From positions 1-42,036 of the IMG/VR virus record IMGVR_UViG_3300049023_000062: 42,036 nucleotides of DNA; one strand, 5' to 3'. A program made the translations under genes and the position numbers. The stretch is from a virus (Duplodnaviria; Caudoviricetes). Positions 37,265 to 42,036 of this stretch are shown piece after piece. The notes beneath the pieces were generated by a model. It made no database searches and had not been told where the DNA came from. It saw only the letters and a program-made list of their open reading frames with translations. Each line of letters begins with the position of its first letter. Within the stretch, counting starts at the first letter, position 1.

Positions 37265-38088
37265 CCGAGAGCGATCATGCCCAAGGTGCGGCGGAATGCT
37301 GTCCGACGTGTGGACGCACGGATGCCGAACATAAGGTTCGGGCCGTCTACACCGAGGGCGGCACTCACCACCATCTGTGCCGTGACCCGTGGCATGGCGA
37401 CGATCATCTGCGGCACTCTCCGGCAGCGGTCGAGCCCGAGCATCAAATCCCTCGATCACCGGCAGGAAACGAGCGCGAGCAGATCGCGTGGTGGGAAGGA
37501 CAGTGTGAGCAACTGGTCCGCGAGAACGAGCGCCTTGTCGGTTTGGTCGAGAGATGCCGGGACATGCTTGATGACGTGCCGGGGAACGGTCTTGAGGAAA
37601 AGCTGACCAAGCTAATCGGCGATTACCTCGCATTGCAGATCATGCTGTCAGAGTCCCGCGCTCAGGTCGAGGGATTGCCAGCATCGATCGCCTTGGCCCT
37701 CTCGTCCGAGCGCGAGAAGCGCGTTGTCGAACAGCACAACGATTTTCTGCCTATCTACCTTTGCGGTTTTGATGAAGCTACGGAAGCCGCTTTAGCTGCC
37801 GCGTCCATCTCATCGACTGATCGCCCGAAAGCGATCGACGTCGAGCAGATCGAACAGAGCCAGGACAAGCCTCTCCGCTTCATCATCGTGCGATCGGCGA
37901 CCAACCCGAACCCGGACATCTTCGGCAAGGCGCCGCCTGGATGCGAGAGCTTCCGCGTCACCAGCACATCGACCGAGCCGCCGATCGACACATTCATCCA
38001 CGCGCCGAGCCTCGACCGAGCCAAGGCGATCGTCCGCAGCCTCTTCGCCGGCGCCACGTTCAGCGATGGAGGGGCGTTCCTGCGATGA
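37261..38088 (+). CDS. Mosaic hypothetical protein (N-terminal CxxC / C.DPWH, coiled coil)
   Basis: ATGA coupling, GGAG RBS. Confidence 0.6.
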   Translation: MTESDHAQGAAECCPTCGRTDAEHKVRAVYTEGGTHHHLCRDPWHGDDHLRHSPAAVEPEHQIPRSPAGNEREQIAWWEGQCEQLVRENERLVGLVERCRDMLDDVPGNGLEEKLTKLIGDYLALQIMLSESRAQVEGLPASIALALSSEREKRVVEQHNDFLPIYLCGFDEATEAALAAASISSTDRPKAIDVEQIEQSQDKPLRFIIVRSATNPNPDIFGKAPPGCESFRVTSTSTEPPIDTFIHAPSLDRAKAIVRSLFAGATFSDGGAFLR

Positions 38089-38327
38089 CTGCGCGCCAGG
38101 GCAAGCTATTCTCGGTTGAGCGGCGAACGCGTGTGGTGCTGATGCACGTCAGCGACGCCGGAGGATGCGACGCTCCGGACGCCGACGTCATCGTCACCAT
38201 GCGATGCAGGAAGTGTGGCCACGAAACGGGATGGATCAAATGCCGGACCGTCAGCGAGGCCAAGCGCGGCGTGCCTTGCCCGAAATGCAATCCGAGCGGC
38301 AAACCAATTCCGATCTTGATCGGATGA
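38085..38327 (+). CDS. Zinc-ribbon protein
   Basis: CRKC...CPKC; GGAGG RBS. Confidence 0.7.
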   Translation: MTARQGKLFSVERRTRVVLMHVSDAGGCDAPDADVIVTMRCRKCGHETGWIKCRTVSEAKRGVPCPKCNPSGKPIPILIG

Positions 38328-38451
38328 AAAACGATGAGGGCGCGACCGCTGCCGAAGTCGCGCCCTCCTTTCGCAGCGGCGAACGGAGATCAAACCACAC
38401 GCCACCGGAACTCTAGGACTTAGTCGATTGCAAAACGGAGATCAACGGACG

Positions 38452-38709
38452 ATGCCAACCCCAAAGTACAATTACCTGATCTGGTCCAACGAACACCGCC
38501 GATGGTGGAAGCCGGCCAGGCGCGGCTACACCGAGGGCCTCGCTCTCGCCGGCCGATATTCGCGGGAGGAGGCGCTGCAGATATGCAAAGACGCGCTGCC
38601 GACCGCGGGCCACATCGGCGTCATCTCGGAGATCCCGGTCCGCGAGGAGGATCTACGCGAATTCCTCAGCGGACCGCTCCCGCGCGAGGTTATCGGGAGG
38701 ATCTTCTGA
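38452..38709 (+). CDS. Hypothetical phage protein
   Basis: YLIWSNEH..WW.P...GYT..L..AGRYS motif; follows the AACGGAGATCA motif. Confidence 0.75.
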   Translation: MPTPKYNYLIWSNEHRRWWKPARRGYTEGLALAGRYSREEALQICKDALPTAGHIGVISEIPVREEDLREFLSGPLPREVIGRIF

Positions 38710-38894
38710 TGGCAGCGCCACGCAAAACGCATTGCAAGCGCGGCCACCCGTTCGATGAGAGCAACACCTTCCTACGCCCGAACGGATCGAAACACTGCAG
38801 GGCCTGCCACGCTCTGCGAGAAAAACTCAAGTACCGAGCGCACGTGCTCGGCACGCCGAGCAACCATCAACAGCCGCAGGGAGTTAACCAGTGA
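38709..38894 (+). CDS. Stand-alone KTHCKRGH Zn-binding module (normally HNH-associated)
   Basis: KTHCKRGHPFDESNT...CRAC. Confidence 0.65.
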   Translation: MAAPRKTHCKRGHPFDESNTFLRPNGSKHCRACHALREKLKYRAHVLGTPSNHQQPQGVNQ

Positions 38895-39346
38895 CAATCG
38901 ACGGCAAGACAATCGTCCTCGTCGGCGCCGACATGGCAGATCAAACCTACCAGCTTGATCCTCAGCAGAACAACGGCCTCGCGATCATCTGGAATATCAC
39001 TCGGATCCAGCGCGACGCCGATCGCGGGCGCTTCGGGCCCGCGATCCGCCGGCCGATGAGCGTCATCCCGCCGGCGACCGACGCGACGCGCGCCAATATC
39101 GACTGGCAGCGCGTCCGAGAGCTCGCAAACGACTGGTACCGCATCGAGCAGCCGCTGCTGCAGGTGGAGCTCCCAATCCCAGGCGGCGTCATGCGCCACA
39201 TCGTCGACGGCAACCACCGGCTCTTCGCGCGACAGGCGCGGGCCCTGCAACACTTCACGACCTACATCGTCCCGCCCGAGATGGAAGGTGACTACCGAAT
39301 TCGGGGCTACGTCGGCGGCCGCGAAGTGCCGCTGCCTTTCTGCTAA
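38891..39346 (+). CDS. ParB/Srx-like domain protein
   Basis: P.L...IVDGNHRL motif; AGGGAG RBS, GTG start. Confidence 0.65.
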   Translation: MTIDGKTIVLVGADMADQTYQLDPQQNNGLAIIWNITRIQRDADRGRFGPAIRRPMSVIPPATDATRANIDWQRVRELANDWYRIEQPLLQVELPIPGGVMRHIVDGNHRLFARQARALQHFTTYIVPPEMEGDYRIRGYVGGREVPLPFC

Positions 39347-39358
39347 CGGAGATCAACC

Positions 39359-39490
39359 ATGCTGACGCTAATCGTCGCCCTCATCCTGCTGGTCCTGATG
39401 GCGAAGTTTTTCCCAGGCGCGCTGCGCGGGATCGTGCTGATCATCATCCTCGCAATCGTCGTCCTCATGGGCTTGGGGCACGGGAGCTAA
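39359..39490 (+). CDS. 43-aa two-TM membrane peptide (not in the ORF track)
   Basis: MLTLIVALILLVLMAKFFPGALRGIVLIIILAIVVLMGLGHGS after AACGGAGATCA. Confidence 0.6.
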   Translation: MLTLIVALILLVLMAKFFPGALRGIVLIIILAIVVLMGLGHGS

Positions 39491-39494
39491 ACCG

Positions 39495-39710
39495 ATGGAC
39501 GCATTGCAAGGCATCGCATGGGGATTGATTGCGTTCGCTTTCGCCACCGCGATCACAGCGCCGCCGCCGCCAGAGCGCCCCGACAAGCCGCCGACAGAGC
39601 GGCGGCTCAACGCCGAGCAGAACAAGGTGATGACCGAATACTGCAAGCGATATCGCGGCGAGCATTTCGATCGATGCATGCGCGACAAGGCGCAGCTATT
39701 CGGATCCTAG
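39495..39710 (+). CDS. Small membrane-anchored or secreted protein with a Cys pair
   Basis: N-terminal hydrophobic segment, Pro linker, C-terminal Cys pair (YC...RCM). Confidence 0.6.
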   Translation: MDALQGIAWGLIAFAFATAITAPPPPERPDKPPTERRLNAEQNKVMTEYCKRYRGEHFDRCMRDKAQLFGS

Positions 39711-39907
39711 CGGCCGCCCTGCCCGAACCAGTAGCCGAGCGCGAGCAGGCACGCCTGCCCCATGCCGGCGAGGATCGTCTTGATGATCTCCGCATTCTTG
39801 TCGGTCATGTTGACTGCCAGGTACGCGGCGACCGTCCCAGCGAACCCAGCGAGCAGCATGCACGTCAGGATGAACTGCGGAAGCTTGCCGCCGAAAGCAT
39901 CGACCAT
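39707..39907 (-). CDS. 66-aa two-TM membrane protein, holin-like
   Basis: Start MVDAFGG with GGAG RBS; two TMs and C-terminal GYWFG. Confidence 0.6.
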   Translation of the reverse strand: MVDAFGGKLPQFILTCMLLAGFAGTVAAYLAVNMTDKNAEIIKTILAGMGQACLLALGYWFGQGGR

Positions 39908-39914
39908 TGACCGC

Positions 39915-40212
39915 TCCGCGCGAATTGAGGTCTCGACGCCCCCGACGCGGCCGGTGAGCGCCGAGACCATCCCCAAAGGACCGTACCCCCAGCGATGAAG
40001 GGCATGGTCGCGGGGATCCGGACCTCGGGAATTTCTTGCAATTGTGTCGGCAACCGGACTTGAGCCGTCCGGAGATCGGGAGCAGGCTCCAGGAGCCGGC
40101 CAAGGTCTAGCCACCTCGGACCGGCAATTGCCTGGACTGGCCGGAGCGCCAGGACCGCCGCGTTCCCACACCCCCGGGAATGATCCTCGCGCTTCGGCCC
40201 TTTTTGGGATCG
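39915..40212 (-). ncRNA. Candidate large structured RNA or leader element, family unknown
   Basis: At least six hairpins plus two long-range stems; G-U pairs work only on the minus strand. Confidence 0.55.
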
Positions 40213-40216
40213 GCGT

Positions 40217-40513
40217 TCATGCCTCTCCGAGGTAGCGCTCGTCAAGAATTGAAACGAAGGATCCGGCGCTTGCGCTGTGGATTTTTTCTTGGTCGTCGCT
40301 CGCCCAGCCCAGCGAGCCGTTGATAGTCACCACGACAGTCTGATCATCCCGAGCATCCGGGAGCAATGCGAGCAGAGCATCAACCAGCGAGAGGGCTGCG
40401 GCGCGATCCTTGGAATGGATCGGTTGACCGGCAATCACCTCGTCGAATTTGGCCTCGGCTTTTTGCTTCGCTCTCGCCTTGTCGGCAGCCTTCACGGCAA
40501 ACGAATAGGACAT
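40217..40513 (-). CDS. Hypothetical protein
   Basis: Start MSYSFAV after a GGAGGT RBS. Confidence 0.75.
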   Translation of the reverse strand: MSYSFAVKAADKARAKQKAEAKFDEVIAGQPIHSKDRAAALSLVDALLALLPDARDDQTVVVTINGSLGWASDDQEKIHSASAGSFVSILDERYLGEA

Positions 40514-40525
40514 TAACACCTCCGG

Positions 40526-41926
40526 TTATGCGGCTTCCGAGCGACGCTCGAGAGTAGCCGTCAGGCCAGTGAACTCTTCCCAGCGCTTCACCGCAACATC
40601 GACGTAGGCTGGATTGAGCTCGATCGCGTAGCAGACGCGATCGGTCATCTCGCACGCGATGATCGTGGTGCCCGAACCGGAGAACGGCTCGTACACCGCG
40701 TCGCCAGGGCGCGAGTTGTTCTCGATCGGCCGCCGCATGCATTCAACCGGCTTCTGCGTGCCGTGACCGGTTTCGGACTTGATGTGCTCGATGTTCCAGA
40801 CCGTCGACTGCTTGCGGCCGCCCTCGTAATGGCCGCGCGTGCCATCGCGGACCGCGTAGGCCGCGAGCTCGTGCTCCGGAACGAAGTGCCAGTTCTCCTC
40901 GCCACCATCGCGCACCGCGTAAAGGCACGGCTCATGCTGGAAGTGGTAGTCGCCGCGGCCGAACACATGCCGCGGCTTCACCCAAACGATGTGCGCGCGG
41001 ATCTTGAACTTCACCGCCTCGAGCGAGTGCCACACCGGACCGCAGAACATACCGGCGTGCCAGATGTAGGCGACGTCGCCAGGAAACAGCGCCCAGGCTT
41101 CGCGCCAATCCGCGCGATCGTCATTCAACACCTTGCCGGTTGCTTGGCCGGCGGAGCCATGCCCCGTCTCCAGGCGCCACTCCGGATCGTACTTCACGCC
41201 GTAGGGCGGATCGGTGACCATCAAGTGCGGCTTGGCGCCGCCCAGGACACGCGCGACGTCCTCGGCGCGCGTGCTGTCGCCGCACAAGATGCGATGGTCG
41301 CCGAGGCGCCAAAGATCGCCAGGCCGCGAGAGCGGATCCTTCGGCGGCGGGATCACCCGGTCGGGGATCCCCTGATGCATCTTGCCGAACAGCTGCTCCA
41401 GGTCCGCCGGCTTGAAGCCGGCGAGCCCGACGTCGTAGCCGGCCTCGGCCAATTCGCCCAGCTGCTGCTTCAGGACCTCGACATCCCATCCGGCGTGCAA
41501 CGCCAGCTGGTTGTCCGCCAGGACGTAGGCCTGCTTTTGTTCCGGCGACCAGCCGCGCGCGACCAGGTACGGGACCATCCCGACCGGGATCGGCTCGCCG
41601 GACGCCATCCGGAGCGAACCGTTGTCGTGGTAGATCGACGCCGCCGCCAAGAGCCGGCCATGACCGGCGATCAGACCACCATCCTCGTCGACCAGGGCAG
41701 GGATCGTCCAGCCGAACTCCTGCATCGAGGCGGCGATTTCCGCCACCTGCTCGGTCGAATGCGTCCGCGCATTGCCGGCGTAGGGCCGGAGCCGCTCGAT
41801 CGGCGCCAGGGCAACCCGCAAATCGAGCGCCTCGTCGGCCGTTTCATGTGAAACAGCGGCGACGTCGCCCAGGTCGACCACGTCCAGGGAGAGATCATGC
41901 CCGTTTTTCCGCTTCGAACGCGCCAT
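40526..41926 (-). CDS. ParB-N-terminal fused DNA N6-A/N4-C methyltransferase
   Basis: LRPY..NARTH and IAGHGRL (ParB); TDPPY, HGTQKPV and EPFSGSGTT (MTase). Confidence 0.93.
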   Translation of the reverse strand: MARSKRKNGHDLSLDVVDLGDVAAVSHETADEALDLRVALAPIERLRPYAGNARTHSTEQVAEIAASMQEFGWTIPALVDEDGGLIAGHGRLLAAASIYHDNGSLRMASGEPIPVGMVPYLVARGWSPEQKQAYVLADNQLALHAGWDVEVLKQQLGELAEAGYDVGLAGFKPADLEQLFGKMHQGIPDRVIPPPKDPLSRPGDLWRLGDHRILCGDSTRAEDVARVLGGAKPHLMVTDPPYGVKYDPEWRLETGHGSAGQATGKVLNDDRADWREAWALFPGDVAYIWHAGMFCGPVWHSLEAVKFKIRAHIVWVKPRHVFGRGDYHFQHEPCLYAVRDGGEENWHFVPEHELAAYAVRDGTRGHYEGGRKQSTVWNIEHIKSETGHGTQKPVECMRRPIENNSRPGDAVYEPFSGSGTTIIACEMTDRVCYAIELNPAYVDVAVKRWEEFTGLTATLERRSEAA

Positions 41927-42036
41927 CTACGCAAAACTCCAGATTTTCCGAAGTGTGACGGCGCCAAGGGGCGAAATCACACAAAACGGCGGTGCGGCTT
42001 TACCAATGCCGGGATTTGGGCAAACAAAATATGCAG

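Noticed and set aside
38330-38385. Hammerhead-like GATGA-stem-GAA pattern
   Set aside because: No CUGAUGA core and no GAAA directly after the stem
80-39355. CRISPR array based on the repeated 11-mer
   Set aside because: Repeat too short, dispersed irregularly and separated by genes
40180-40205. GGGCCGAA...AGGATC resembling a tmRNA 5' end
   Set aside because: No matching T-arm or CCA acceptor end and no tag reading frame found
39707-40245. Longer minus-strand ORFs crossing the structured region
   Set aside because: Low-complexity Gly/Pro/Arg translation with no RBS; the real start appears to be ATG 39907
41927-42036. cos site or genome end at the right edge
   Set aside because: Plausible from position, but no recognisable cos sequence, and the window edge may be arbitrary

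Overview
High-GC tailed-phage DNA, probably from an alphaproteobacterial host (inferred from gene content). No integrase or host genes are visible, so phage versus prophage cannot be decided. On the minus strand, from right to left, are a ParB-fused DNA methyltransferase, a lambda-type packaging and head module (TerS, GpA-type TerL, portal, gpW-like, S49 protease/scaffold, decoration protein D, major capsid E), neck and accessory fibre genes, a Mu-type contractile tail with baseplate and fibres, and a lysis cassette (GH19 endolysin, Rz/Rz1-like spanins, membrane proteins). The plus strand has two accessory or early blocks: 1-4.2 kb, starting with the end of ssb, and a ~6 kb block at 33.7-39.7 kb inserted antisense between terS and the methyltransferase. 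The best novelty candidates are four. (1) A ~300-nt, heavily base-paired non-coding element at 39.9-40.2 kb, directly upstream of a small membrane-protein gene. (2) A Ycf46-like AAA+ ATPase operon whose ATPase and partner share a SARxLDL tail. (3) An exact 11-mer, AACGGAGATCA, repeated six times ahead of plus-strand genes. (4) A possible two-state RNA switch at 38.34 kb. All family assignments come from motif recognition and gene order only; no database searches were run.
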